A DNA stretch of 63,599 nt, counting the filler, from Globobulimina sp. (lineage: Eukaryota), in assembly GCA_003354225.1 (NCBI GenBank). It is 39 parts of 39 records of this genome, joined end to end, with 100 filler letters (N's around TTAATTAATTAA, not from the genome) between each part and the next. Parts side by side here need not be neighbours in the genome. Positions count along the whole stretch, not along the records: positions 24,515 to 26,048 come from PIVH01015185.1; positions 26,149 to 27,681 come from PIVH01015186.1; positions 27,782 to 29,314 come from PIVH01015187.1; positions 29,415 to 30,947 come from PIVH01015188.1; positions 31,048 to 32,580 come from PIVH01015189.1; positions 32,681 to 34,213 come from PIVH01015190.1; positions 34,314 to 35,846 come from PIVH01015191.1; positions 35,947 to 37,479 come from PIVH01015192.1; 31 more parts are not named here. The stretch is one strand, 5' to 3'. Below, in pieces: positions 25,215-37,581 of this stretch (position 1 is its first letter; each line of letters opens with the position of its first letter). The position numbers and the translations under genes were made by a program. A model generated the notes under the pieces. That model was not told where the DNA came from and made no database searches. It was given only the letters and a program-made list of their open reading frames with translations.

Positions 25215-26048
25215 ATGAAAAAAAATATATACAACAGAAATTTCAATGGATTGTATGATTTAGGAGAGGAGATTGGAGGAGGTTCCTTTGCCTCTGTCAA
25301 TAAATGTACTCGCAAATCGGATTCAGCCCAATTTGCAGCTAAAATCATCAATAAACGGCGTTTAACAGACGAAGAAGCGCATGGCTTACAAAACGAGATC
25401 GCGATTTTAAAGAAAATCTCACATAAAAATGTCATTAAATTAATTGATGTATTCGATGATGGAAAACAAGTCATAATGATATTGGAATTATGTGATGGCA
25501 AAGATTTATTTGATGAGATTGTGGCTGCAAAAAAACCCAGATTCAGTGAGAGAAAATGTGCGCAAATCATATACAAATTATCCTCAGCTTTGCAGTATTT
25601 ACATTCGCAGGGCGTTGTTCACAGAGATATTAAGGTAAAGTTCGAATAAATTGTAGAAAATAAGTACAACATACAATACCGACTTGTACTGTACTCATTT
25701 TCTACAATTTTGCAATTAAACAATACCGATATTATTCATATTAAGCCTGAAAATATATTATTCTCAGCAACAAATGGGACACTTTTAATTTCTGACTTTG
25801 GATTAGCCCATTTATTCCCTGATCAGTCTGCGTTGGAAAACGTTTTCATGGCAACATGCTGCGGTACGCCATTCTATGTCGCTCCAGAAGTCGTGAAACG
25901 GGAACACTATAATTATAAAGTTGACATTTGGTCGTTGGGCGTCATATGCTTTATTATGTTGGTTGGATACCAACCATTTCGAGCAAAGTCATTGAATCAA
26001 ATTTATAAATTGATAGCTATGGGGAAATATAATTTTCATTCAAAAAGA
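25215..26048 (+). CDS. CAMK-group Ser/Thr protein kinase (3' partial), one intron
   Basis: IGGGSFASV, AAK, HRDIK | intron 25635-25745 | PEN, DFG, CGTPFYVAPE, DIWSLG. Confidence 0.96.
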
Positions 26049-26421
26049 NNNNNNNNNNNNNNNNNNNNNNNNNNNNNNNNNNNNNNNNNNNNTTAATTAA
26101 TTAANNNNNNNNNNNNNNNNNNNNNNNNNNNNNNNNNNNNNNNNNNNNGTATATACTCAAGCAGTGGCTCAAAATCTGTCCGATCATCCACAGTCGTTTA
26201 ATATCATGGGGTAACTACAGAATCACTGTTTTAATCACATTATTTGATGGAGTGGATGTTGGAGTTATTTTTCGAGCAATGATTAATTTTAAAACGATAT
26301 TTTTTTCATTATTCAATAGATATTTTATGGGTACAATTAATTTATTATCCGGACGTCAGTGTGTGAGTACTGATGAGTATTAACTATGCATCAAATGCTG
26401 ACTGCATTTTCATAATTGACA

Positions 26422-27681
26422 ATGAGCAAAAATTCTAATCCATCTGATTCAAACAGTGGATATGTATTGGAATCACGATCTGATTCATCATCCATTAAAT
26501 ATGACACGTTATCGGTTCGATCAGTTAGATCCACCGCATCTATCTCCTCAATCCCACCCTCTATGATATCAAGCAACAACACGCAATTACAATATAATAA
26601 CAAATCAAATTCAAAGAAAAAGAAAAAATCTAAAGTACGAACCCGAACAAACACAACACCGAGAAACACCGCCAAAAATATAAAAGCCCGCCCTTTGAAA
26701 TCGAACAACGCTTTGCATCCAAACAAAAGCAAACGCCGCAGCAGATTGACCAAAAATAATATCCGTTGTTTGAACCAATTTTCATCTCACAACGACGCCA
26801 TCCGTCCGCCACGCAATTTTTTCCGTACACCACAACCAAAAATTATTACCAAATCCAAGAATAACTCTCAAAAACGAAGGAAATCTGTGAATACTAATCA
26901 ACAAAAACAAGTTTCCGTTGCGATTAGATTACGGCCATTGAACAGTGGGGAAATCCGCAATGGAATGAAACCAATTTGGAATGTAAAAGGAACAACGATA
27001 TTAAAACAGATTCGTGGCACTATATCGTCATATAATTTTGAATACGTTTGTCCTGGAATTGGCAACAAAATCGATGGAACCACTTTAAATTTATACAATG
27101 CGACGGCAAAATCAGTGGTATCCGCCTCGTGTAAAGGGATAAATGGTACCATCTTTACATATGGCCAGACCTCATCGGGTAAAACATATACAATGTTAGG
27201 CACAGACACTGATCCCGGCATTACATTGTTAGCATTGAGTGATATATTCCATCTCATTCGAAATGATTCAAAACGTAAATATTTATTATTTATCAGTTAT
27301 ATCGAAATACATAACGAGATTATCAATGATTTATTGGATGAAACAAATAAGAATTTACGCATTGTAGATACACCAAATCAAGGTCCAGTCATTAAAAATT
27401 GTACAGAGTCTGCCGTGAAAACACCGCAAGATGTTATTCAATTATTGTTGAAAGGGGAGAAATTAAGAAAAGTTTCAGAAACACATAGCAATCAAAGAAG
27501 TTCCAGATCGCATGCTATATTTCGCATCTTTATACAATCGCAGTTGCGCTCAGATAATAATAATAGTAAAAAAACATTGCGTTCTGTGTTGAATTTAGTA
27601 GATTTGGCCGGTTCTGAGTCGAGTATGAATATCGATGATCAGAATCTAAAACAAGCAAAAGAGGCAAAACATATAAATCAG
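26422..27681 (+). CDS. Kinesin motor protein, kinesin-7/CENP-E-like, with basic N-terminal extension (3' partial)
   Basis: VAIRLRP, YGQTSSGKTYTM, NQRSSRSHAIF, LVDLAGSE. Confidence 0.95.
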
Positions 27682-27781
27682 NNNNNNNNNNNNNNNNNNN
27701 NNNNNNNNNNNNNNNNNNNNNNNNNTTAATTAATTAANNNNNNNNNNNNNNNNNNNNNNNNNNNNNNNNNNNNNNNNNNNN

Positions 27782-28267
27782 TTTAAGAGATATTGTAATG
27801 GAAAAGACGAAGATGAGGATATATTTGATGATAAAGTTAAAGATTTTAAAAATTTAATGGATAACTTGCATTGTTATTTGTGTCATACTGATTACTGTGG
27901 AATTATTGTTGAGAATAATGGTAATAATACAAAGGATGTTAGTAACAGTAATAATGGATATATACAGCTTAAATTTGGTGGTTTATGGTACTGGTTTTAT
28001 GATGATACGGATATTAAATGGATACCGTATAACAGGGAAAGTCAAATAAAATTAAACACAGCGTGGCGAAATAATAAACAACAAGTGATGGTTGGATATA
28101 ATGATAAATATAAAATACAATTTAAACGTGCTTCAAGTAATATTGATCCATACGCACAACAATTTGATTGTCATCGAGCGGATTCGTTTAGAAGAGCGGT
28201 GATTTATGGCACTCCCAATAAGGATGGATTATTGAATGGTATTCCATGCGAAAAGCAACCACTATAA
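27782..28267 (+). CDS. WWE-domain protein C-terminus
   Basis: WYWFYDD...WIPY...LNTAW...YKIQF...RRAV. Confidence 0.7.
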   Translation, partial: FKRYCNGKDEDEDIFDDKVKDFKNLMDNLHCYLCHTDYCGIIVENNGNNTKDVSNSNNGYIQLKFGGLWYWFYDDTDIKWIPYNRESQIKLNTAWRNNKQQVMVGYNDKYKIQFKRASSNIDPYAQQFDCHRADSFRRAVIYGTPNKDGLLNGIPCEKQPL

Positions 28268-28660
28268 AGAAAATAAAAAAAATATTGATATTTGTGGTTA
28301 CTAAAAATGTGTTTTTTTAGGTAATCATGGATATAGTATGTCTTTTCACTTTTTTATGAGTGTATTGTTCATATTGACGTTTGGGTCATGCAGACTCATG
28401 TTATTTTGCAAATTAAATATGTATCCTTGCACTTTAAGATACTGCACAAGTTCATTTTGAGTATACCAGAATTTCAAATAATATGCAGCCACCATTTTTC
28501 AATCACTGAATGCTAAAATATATAGACACTGCTTTCACAGTTTCGATCAAAAACACTTACCACGCATAATAAACACAAAATAATACAATAACCGCACGAG
28601 CAATACCGCTGGAAGAGAGAGAGGAATATTTGAATATGAAAATATTAAAAAATAAATAAA

Positions 28661-29284
28661 TCAGGGTGGAGGTTCAACGAACAATGGTATTTTCATAACC
28701 AACCAACACAAAACAATGCTACACAACATGCTTAAAATGAATTTTTTTCTACAACAAAAGCCAAATGTTCTTATCAACACAAAACAAATAGCCACCGCCA
28801 CACTTCCCATACATATCCAAATAGCTATAAATTTATCCAAAACCTCCATAGCCACCTCCATAAATATCCAAAACACACAGCCCAAAACCCATTGTAATGC
28901 CACTAAATCATGTTTCTGCATATATTCATGCCATTTTATTAACAAAATAGTGGCACATAACATGAGTGTAAATATTGTTACGGCACACATGATAATAAAA
29001 CATTTAAATGCAAAATCTGAAACATTTCTCAGTTCCAAAAGACTGAATCTTCTCCAATCAGATCGAATATTTTTTAATTTTATAATCATCTCAGATATAA
29101 ATTCTGTATCAACGCCAGATATGTCATGTTTATGAGGGTTTATTATTTCTTGTATTTGTGAACCTTCTCGTGATACGTTAACAATTCTTCTTTGTATTAA
29201 ATGTATTGGTAAATCTGAATAATTTGCAGCATTTACTACATTCCAAATAATCGCGATAAAGCAGCACAGAAAAATCTTGATCAT
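28661..29284 (-). CDS. Signal-peptide multi-TM hypothetical protein
   Basis: N-terminal signal and about four hydrophobic helices. Confidence 0.6.
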   Translation of the reverse strand: MIKIFLCCFIAIIWNVVNAANYSDLPIHLIQRRIVNVSREGSQIQEIINPHKHDISGVDTEFISEMIIKLKNIRSDWRRFSLLELRNVSDFAFKCFIIMCAVTIFTLMLCATILLIKWHEYMQKHDLVALQWVLGCVFWIFMEVAMEVLDKFIAIWICMGSVAVAICFVLIRTFGFCCRKKFILSMLCSIVLCWLVMKIPLFVEPPP

Positions 29285-29414
29285 GAATAATAAATAACTG
29301 GTAAATGGTAGTTTNNNNNNNNNNNNNNNNNNNNNNNNNNNNNNNNNNNNNNNNNNNNTTAATTAATTAANNNNNNNNNNNNNNNNNNNNNNNNNNNNNN
29401 NNNNNNNNNNNNNN

Positions 29415-30923
29415 TGCATTTAATAATAATTTGGTTGCAAACATCTCACAGAAATCATCAAACATCGATAACAATCCATTACAATTTATCTCTATCATTT
29501 CCCTTATTTTTGTTATAAAATCAATGTTCATACAAACATTCCCATCATATTTTATCTCTGTTTCATCGTCGTTTAACTCATCGATTGATTCAATTCCGAC
29601 GGAAATATGTCCAAAAAAACTATCAACAAAGCAATCAACTTTTACTTTGCCAATAATAATCAATGAATCCTGCACTGTCAATGATGCACAATCCAAATAT
29701 TTTGGTTCAAGTTGAAAACGTTGACCAACATGACTTAAATCACCTTGTTTGTTATTCAAATATTTCCAACCGCCTTCAAAATATGATCTATAGCGATCTA
29801 AAGGTGTGCCATATGTTGGTTTCATTTCCGATGCATCAATAAATGACAAAATGGCTGATACATTACTCCCTCCATAATATATTACGCGGCCATTCTTTGT
29901 TGATAATGAATGAGCGCTTAACTTACATAATGATGTTAACTCATTCATATTGGCAGATGAATATGTTTGACGATAAATATGTTGATATTCATTCAATAAA
30001 TTCCATATCATATCATTTATCTCTTGCATTGGTAACTTTTTATCCATTTGCAATTGGTATAAAGCAATAATAAATATAATTTGTAATAATATGAGAGTGC
30101 CTGAACCACTTTTCATTCTTGAACTGCCCGTAATTGTTTCAGGCCCAAATATTGGATTTAACAATATATGATTCTTATTATTTGATGCAGATAATTGTAA
30201 ACAAATTTGGCGAAATGTTGTATGGTTCCATTTTTCAACGGGTACATTCCGTGATAAGTGTGCTGGGTTGAAACCCATTAACACTGTAATATAATTATTT
30301 TGTTTCATTGCATATTCAATTTGTCCACCAATATATGGTGCAGATAAGCCACAAGTTATACCAATTAGCAATACTTTGTTTGCACTCTTTGTAAGATTTA
30401 ATAAATCTTTGACACCCATTTTTGGATCATCCTCTGGCAATTCTTGTGCTGTTAATAATGCAATGTCAGTTCCAGCTATACAATATTCAAAACAAGGTGA
30501 ATAATTATTTTCTATTAAATATTGATTGCATGATCTTGAAATTAGAAATGCCAATCTTCCGGATGTGCCACAGCCCGATAATATTACTTTATTATTTACA
30601 GTATCTGATAATATATCCTGTAAATGATGAATTATTATATTTAGAGTAGGTATAAAATCATAAATATTTGCAAATTCATGCCATCCATTAAATATTTGAG
30701 CATCACAACACCTTAAAATACGTAATATTTCCATTGGCGATGCAGTGTCAATATTCCAACTCATTTCATTTGCTAATTCTGTGATTCTTTGCTGTTTATT
30801 GTCAATTCCAACTCTGCAGTGTGTTTCAATGTTTCTTTGCGATTCTTCTGATTTGCTGTCTGTCTGTATTATAAAACTAAGTGTATTGATAACTGTTTCA
30901 AGTCTTGACAAAATAGTTGCCAT
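29415..30923 (-). CDS. Glucokinase regulatory protein-like (double SIS domain, MurQ/GKRP family), 3' partial
   Basis: LSGCGTSGRLA, QELPEDDP, GITCGLSAPYIGGQ, LMGFNP, GPETITGSSRMKSGSGT, second SIS with DASEMKPTYG. Confidence 0.85.
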
Positions 30924-31047
30924 TGTTTAAATAATTAAAAAACAGTANNNNNNNNNNNNNNNNNNNNNNNNNNNNNNNNNNNNNNNNNNNNTTAATTAAT
31001 TAANNNNNNNNNNNNNNNNNNNNNNNNNNNNNNNNNNNNNNNNNNNN

Positions 31048-32580
31048 TCTCCATCTTCAAATCCGTCTAAATCGCCATCATATGATCCCACACTATCTCC
31101 TTCCTATAATCCATCGCAATATCCATCAAATAATCCATCTCAATCTCCAACTTTAAATCCGTCAAAATCCCCATCAAACAATCCATCAAAATCACCATCT
31201 CAATCTCCAACATATAATCCTACAAAATCTCCCACTTCACAGCCATCATCAACCAGTCCATCGCTTCATCCATCACAAAACCCAACACTTAATCCATCCA
31301 AATCTCCATCAATACATCCAACACTGAGTCCATCCATTTATCCATCAACCACTCCAACCTCACCACCAACCAACAATCCATCACCAAACCCAACGCCATT
31401 ACCAACCAGTTCAGACCCATTAATATGTCCCGACTCGGCAACAGGCGCATACAACGGCGGTATATTACAATTCAAAGTACAAACACCATACAGTGGTGAC
31501 TTAACCTTCGATGCCACAAATTCTACGTTTGATATCGTCCAATTAAAAGCCTATGAACACGATGTAAACAATACAGGTAATACAGCGAATGAAATAGCAA
31601 CAGACGAAGATCATAATAATATATTAACATTGAATGACACGACGAGCAATAATTATATATTCACCATCCAAGGTCAATCCATTGGGACATTCAATATTAA
31701 AATAACATGTTCCTCAAATAAGCCAACAATATCACCCACCTTAAACCCAACAATATCGCCTTCCGCTACTTTAAATATATGTAATTATACTTGCATTGAT
31801 TCAGATGTAATAACAGTTGATATTGAATTTACATTCAAATCATATATATTATATTTTGATGATTGTTTAAGTTGTTTTATGTATCATATTTTATTCCACT
31901 ATCTGAGTCCGTTGGACCTGGAATTTACAGTTTGCGATGTTGATATCCTCTGTATCGATGGTGTACAGACACCTGATAATTCCCACAATAATGGCGTCCC
32001 ATTCTGTAACGGATATCGTCCATGTTTTGTTAAAAAACGCCAGCGGAGAATGTTAATGGATCGTACATTATCCGATGGCGCAATAACTATTACAATGAGC
32101 TCAACGGATGTTGCAATACTCGAAGAATTACAATCATTGCCAATGGATGAGTTACAACAGCAAATTGCGGACACATTTATGGATATATTTTCTGTAAATC
32201 TCGATGTGAACGCAATAAACACAGAACAAGTTATTGGGGGAGGAGAAAAAAACATATTTGACTCCGATGATGATGACGCTTTACCTCCGGACTTACGCGA
32301 GAATAAAAGCGACGACACATTGATGGGTCATTTTTCAGGTACTACCCATCAATGGATTTGTGTGGGTATCTTCTTCCTTTTATTATTGATATTATTTCCA
32401 TTTGAGATGTATTATGCAGTCAAATATTGGCGCAGCAGATTTTCGCCATATATCCATAGTCGCCATCCGGAACTAAACACATGGACAAATATCACAGCAG
32501 CGCTATTTTTAGTGATTGAAAGGCCGTAGCATGCTATCCATCGCTTAGATGTGTAGAATGTATTATGGTTTCAATGGCTC
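31048..32580 (+). CDS. Large mucin-like (P-S/T repeat) ectodomain followed by TM segments; two TAG codons at the 3' end
   Basis: The frame is open from 31048 (PSxxP repeats) to WICVGIFFLLLLILFPF...YIHSRHPE...AALFLVIERP. Confidence 0.7.
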
Positions 32581-32680
32581 NNNNNNNNNNNNNNNNNNNN
32601 NNNNNNNNNNNNNNNNNNNNNNNNTTAATTAATTAANNNNNNNNNNNNNNNNNNNNNNNNNNNNNNNNNNNNNNNNNNNN

Positions 32681-33434
32681 ATTCTGATTTGTTCTCGGAC
32701 CGTTTATAAATAATCTCCCTCGGTTTCTTGAAAAAGTATCCCTCGGCTTCGCCTCGCAAATAACTTTTTCAGAAACCTCAGGGACATTATACAATAAATG
32801 CAAATCTGTGTCATCGTTGTCCAAATTCTGTTGTTCTATGATTTTATACATCAATCCACTGTAAGTCACATGCACCGACGGATCGGCATTCAAACGCGCA
32901 AAATAATGCATATTTGACCTCTCTTTGTCGTCGCTCTGTGTTATATATCATTCATATCGTTTATATGTAGGAGAAAGTTCTTGAAAATGCATAAATATAT
33001 GACGGCGGCTTAACGATTGGGGCTGGCCGAAGTATGACAAATAGAGTGGCTCCGATTAAACAAGAAATGCTAATGACGAGACCGCGAAATGTGGCACGGG
33101 GAATACCGAATACGTGATGTGGACTATATTGACGCTCGGCGGGTGTCTCGAATTCGGGCGTTTCGAAATCTTTATTGAATTCTTGTTCTGGTCGACGCAC
33201 TTTCTGCTCGGCTTCGTATCTGTTCCATGCTTCTGATGTTGTTGATTTTTGAATTTTACGTCGATATTTTGACAAAAATGATTGTTTCAACCTATCCTCG
33301 CTGTTGCTATTTGAGCAGAATCTGTTTTGGTTTTGTTTGTTAAGCAGAAGTATTGAACCATAATTGTAATGATTATAGTATGGTGTTAAAGAGGATTGGC
33401 GATATAAACGAGAGCATTGTTTCACACATTTCAT
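32681..33434 (-). CDS. Putative mitochondrial single-TM protein with FKBP_N/Mip-like segment (3' partial)
   Basis: Transit-like N-terminus, TM, intron 32936-33014, then YFARLNADPSVHVTYSGLMYKII. Confidence 0.55.
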
Positions 33435-33484
33435 TTTTTAAAAACCTGAGGTTGAGAAGTTTTTTTTTGTTCTATTTTTTAAGG

Positions 33485-33967
33485 ATGTCAACGTATTTTA
33501 ATTTAAGCGATGTCAATGTCTTTTTAGTTAATGGAATAATTGAAGGATTTGTTGGGTTGATGGTTGTTATAAATCCTAAATTGATACCAAATGCAAAATC
33601 GTTACATAAACATGGTGCGATATATGCTGGATTCTTTGGGTTTGTATATTAATTTAATTTATATGACGCATAGCGTTGTTTTATATCTTTATTATCTGTA
33701 TTCAGCCCAATGTTATTCGCTATGTCTTTGGTGTGTGTATTAATGGCAAAATTGGAAGATTCAAATGATGCAAAACATTTATTTGCATTTGGATGGGTGT
33801 TGTACCATATTGGCGCCTCATATAATTGTGGAAAAGCATTTGTCTCTGGAAAAAGAGCAATGATCGGAGGTCTTATATTCCATTCATTAATGTTAGCCTC
33901 GTTTGTAATGTATTTAAAAACAAACAATTTTAAAATGGAAACGTTATTTGACTTATTTCCGTTCTAA
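33485..33967 (+). CDS. Small four-TM membrane protein, one intron
   Basis: MSTYFNL...AGFFG | intron 33640-33705 | PMLFAMSL...; in-frame join. Confidence 0.75.
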
Positions 33968-34313
33968 ATTTCTAATATCATTATTTCCGTTCACCCATAA
34001 TTCTGTTCTATTTGACTTATTTCCGTTTTGAATTAAATATTCAATTAAACATTTTGAGAGCTGGTTTACATGCAATTTCCTCTTTGTATAGTTTACGTAG
34101 CTGACTTTTTTTGCATGTTTAATCCTACGACGTTCCAAGCTAGAAATATTTTTGGGTTTGGGTCAATCGCACCAAATCCTGATAGTGCGCACTTGACTAC
34201 TTCAAAACTTGTANNNNNNNNNNNNNNNNNNNNNNNNNNNNNNNNNNNNNNNNNNNNTTAATTAATTAANNNNNNNNNNNNNNNNNNNNNNNNNNNNNNN
34301 NNNNNNNNNNNNN

Positions 34314-35243
34314 GATCAAAACTTTGTTATTTAAGGATAATAATATATTATGCCAATAACCACAACATATTTTACCAATTTTAATATTGTTTTGAATAAA
34401 ATATTGTATTCTTGTTGGTGAATATCTATTATCAGCATCGCCATGACCTAACCTACCATATCCACCATCTCCCCATGACCAAACACCATAATTATCATCA
34501 ATTGCTAAGGTATGTAGAAATCCACAAGATATATCGTTAAATTTTGTTTTTATTTGAATTTCTTGAATATTTGGTGATGATTTAATATCTTTACCTAATC
34601 CTAAACCACCATAACCATATTCATAACCAGCAACATAGATTTTACCATTTGTACTTAAAAATATTGTATATGCCTCTGCTGTGGCTACTTTTTGAATCGA
34701 TAATGTTGTATTAATTGGTGTCCATTGATTGTTATTTTCTGGCTTTGTTTTTTTACCAAATTGATTATAAGAATTTGATCCGACAGCATATAATTTATTC
34801 TCATTTGAAATACAAACTGAGTGTCTTGATCCGTTTGGTGCAGCAAATATATTTTTTATTTTCATATCTTTCATTTGATGCCATATATTAATATTATTAT
34901 AATGCCCAACACCTTATACACCAAATCTATTATAACCACAGCATTCATAGGTTCCATCATCAAATAAAATGTATGCTGCTGCACTACCACCACAAGTAAT
35001 AATTGTTTTTATTTTTTTATCAAATGTTTTTATTTTTGTGATTTTTTTAATATCTTCATTTCCTCCGTTTCCTTGTTGTCCATATCTGTTGTCACCAATA
35101 GAATATAGCAGCAATAAAATATAATAATGGAACGCATGAATGATACTAATAATATCTGTATGGATGTACTGAGTCCTACAGTTTCTAACGTATCCACTCA
35201 CTAATAATTGGGATCGTCCTTTTTTACTGACAGCATGGTTCAT
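34314..35243 (-). pseudogene. RCC1-repeat protein with in-frame TAA at 34914-34916
   Basis: YSIGDNRYGQQG, GYNRFGV*GVG, SCGFLHTLA...WSWGDGGYGRLGHG, CCGYWHNI. ORFs 35243 and 34874 share a frame. Confidence 0.85.
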
Positions 35244-35436
35244 TTTTACTTAAAGATGGGAAAATTCTTAATCTGTAAAAACATAAAATTTGAGAAAATC
35301 AATACTTCACGCATATGCATTCGAAAATACGTGAAATATAACTTCGCGTATTTACAATACATTGACTACTTCGATAATTTTTTTCACAAAAAAAAAGGAA
35401 GAACACTTTGTTAGAATATTAATTTTGGATTTCAAG

Positions 35437-35845
35437 TCATTTAGGAACAGGATTCACTGCATCAGTGCTTGCAATCAGTGTATTTACAGTCGATGCGATT
35501 CCATCAATGACGGATAAAACACTGTCTTCAATTATGTCCTTTGTTGTTATTGTTCTTTTTGATTGCATAATTGGCGAACATTCAAATATACAATTCTTTA
35601 TTTTATTATCTGTCGCAATTAATGCTTTTTTGACCATAACCATTTGTGATATTGCTGGAAATGGATAATATATAACTTCAATCCTGGAACAATCAAAAAT
35701 AAATTCATTCAATGTCATATATTTCATCCTAATTTTTTTCGACGCCTTGCCATTAAACACCACCAAGAATAATCTATATTTTTTAAACGCAGAACTCCCA
35801 TTATTTGGAAACCTCCGTCGAAAGCATACAATCTCTCCTTCCCCG
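35437..35845 (-). CDS. Hypothetical protein C-terminus
   Basis: Open frame from the contig end to TGA; no family recognised. Confidence 0.4.
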
Positions 35846-35946
35846 ANNNNNNNNNNNNNNNNNNNNNNNNNNNNNNNNNNNNNNNNNNNNTTAATTAATT
35901 AANNNNNNNNNNNNNNNNNNNNNNNNNNNNNNNNNNNNNNNNNNNN

Positions 35947-37479
35947 GTAGGGAGCACTGCTGACGGTTTGTATCAAATCATGTCCTCGTCGGACAATAAT
36001 GGCGATGCTGGCGTGTTGACTGCATCTGTAGAGACGTTTGATAATTGTGATGATCCGAGCGCTTGGGTGGAAAATACCAATTTTACGTACAATTATCTTA
36101 AACCGTGTGGTGGGATTAGCGATTTTGGCGGCTTTGGTATCTCGGAGAATGGCACAGATTCGAGCTGTAACGCTGGCGATCAAGTGATCGATTTACAATG
36201 TCATGCGTTTTCAGAATGTAACGATTTGAAAGCCTGTTTCAATGATTTTCGACGTATTTCCATCTTTGACCCCGGTTCGGATTGTGACGGTGTGGTGGAT
36301 ACGTATGATATCAAAGAGCGGCAAGGCGAAAGTGACTACACTTTATCGACAGGGGTGAATCAGTGTGCTTTTAAAAACTATTTGCTGCTCTCTGATTGTT
36401 GCAGGACTGCGGTGAATACGCAAATTATAGCGTTGCCGTACTATTCCTGTGCTATGATTGAAGCTTTGTTTGGTGACACGGATGACACCGCATACCCGGC
36501 CGAGCTCAAAGCTGTCTGCCAAGTGACGGATAAATGCGAATATGATGAGGAGTTTTCTACGTGTACGGAAGTGTCGGGTGGCGACAATGTATTCGATGAT
36601 TGTAACTTATTAATCACTGGCGAGAATGCGCAGTGTTCGCTGGAACAGCTTAATATGAGCAAAGCCATGGTTCGTGCTGGAGAGCAGCAGCCTTTTTATG
36701 ATTGTATGAATGATGGAGACACGGGCGTAACGGCGGTGTTTTCTGGCACTCGCAGAATAAAATTAAGCAGTTCTGATACGTGTGAGGCTACATTCAATGC
36801 GTTGCAAAGTGTGTATGCCGATTGCCTATATCCCGTGGATTCGTTTTATGATTTGTCGCTTGGCAAATACGATTATGCCATGTGTACGGATGCGGAGTTA
36901 GCGGCGGCAGAGATTAGCTATAATCAAACTTGTGGCGCTACGAATGATGATACTGTGGATCAACTGGAATGTTTGGCCGATGAGATACATTTATTTGATG
37001 ATGGCTGTTGTAAGAAAGCAGTGCAACAAATCTTCAACGAACATTCGTATTCGTTCACCAATGAATGTGAAGCTGATGTGGCATATTTCTGTGCAGTGTA
37101 TGGTATAACCTCAGCGGGCGACGCGTTACTTGCTGCAGTGAATAATGTATGTTTTGGTGATGTGTGTCCAGGCGTATTATGCATGACTGCCATTGGAACA
37201 GCCATGCAATCTGCTCAATTATCACCCAAATGCCATGAAGCTATGGTGAATTGCGAAGAGAATGGAAACTGGCCCGTGACCGTCGCTGCTCAAACTGCCT
37301 CGATACCGTGTGATACGGGCTTTGGTGGACAGCAAACACGAACTTGTTTGATGGATAGTATCCCGGCACAGTGGGGAGCAGTGGACACATCATCCTGTGT
37401 AGCATTAAGCTGTCCAGAAATATTAGCAGCAGATGACACTGATTATGAGCAATATTGGCCCGAAACCCCCGTGCATTCT
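35947..37479 (+). CDS. Cys/acid-rich extracellular protein with hormone-receptor (HRM)-like domains (partial at both ends)
   Basis: Whole contig open; WPVTVAAQTASIPCDTGFGGQQTRTCL...WGAVDTSSC, and a second WPET at the end. Confidence 0.75.
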
Positions 37480-37581
37480 NNNNNNNNNNNNNNNNNNNNN
37501 NNNNNNNNNNNNNNNNNNNNNNNTTAATTAATTAANNNNNNNNNNNNNNNNNNNNNNNNNNNNNNNNNNNNNNNNNNNNGA

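Noticed and set aside
33945..34027. 19-bp direct repeat TATTTGACTTATTTCCGTT x2 as a target-site duplication
   Set aside because: Only 45 bp lie between the copies, with no element features; a local duplication at a gene 3' end is more likely.
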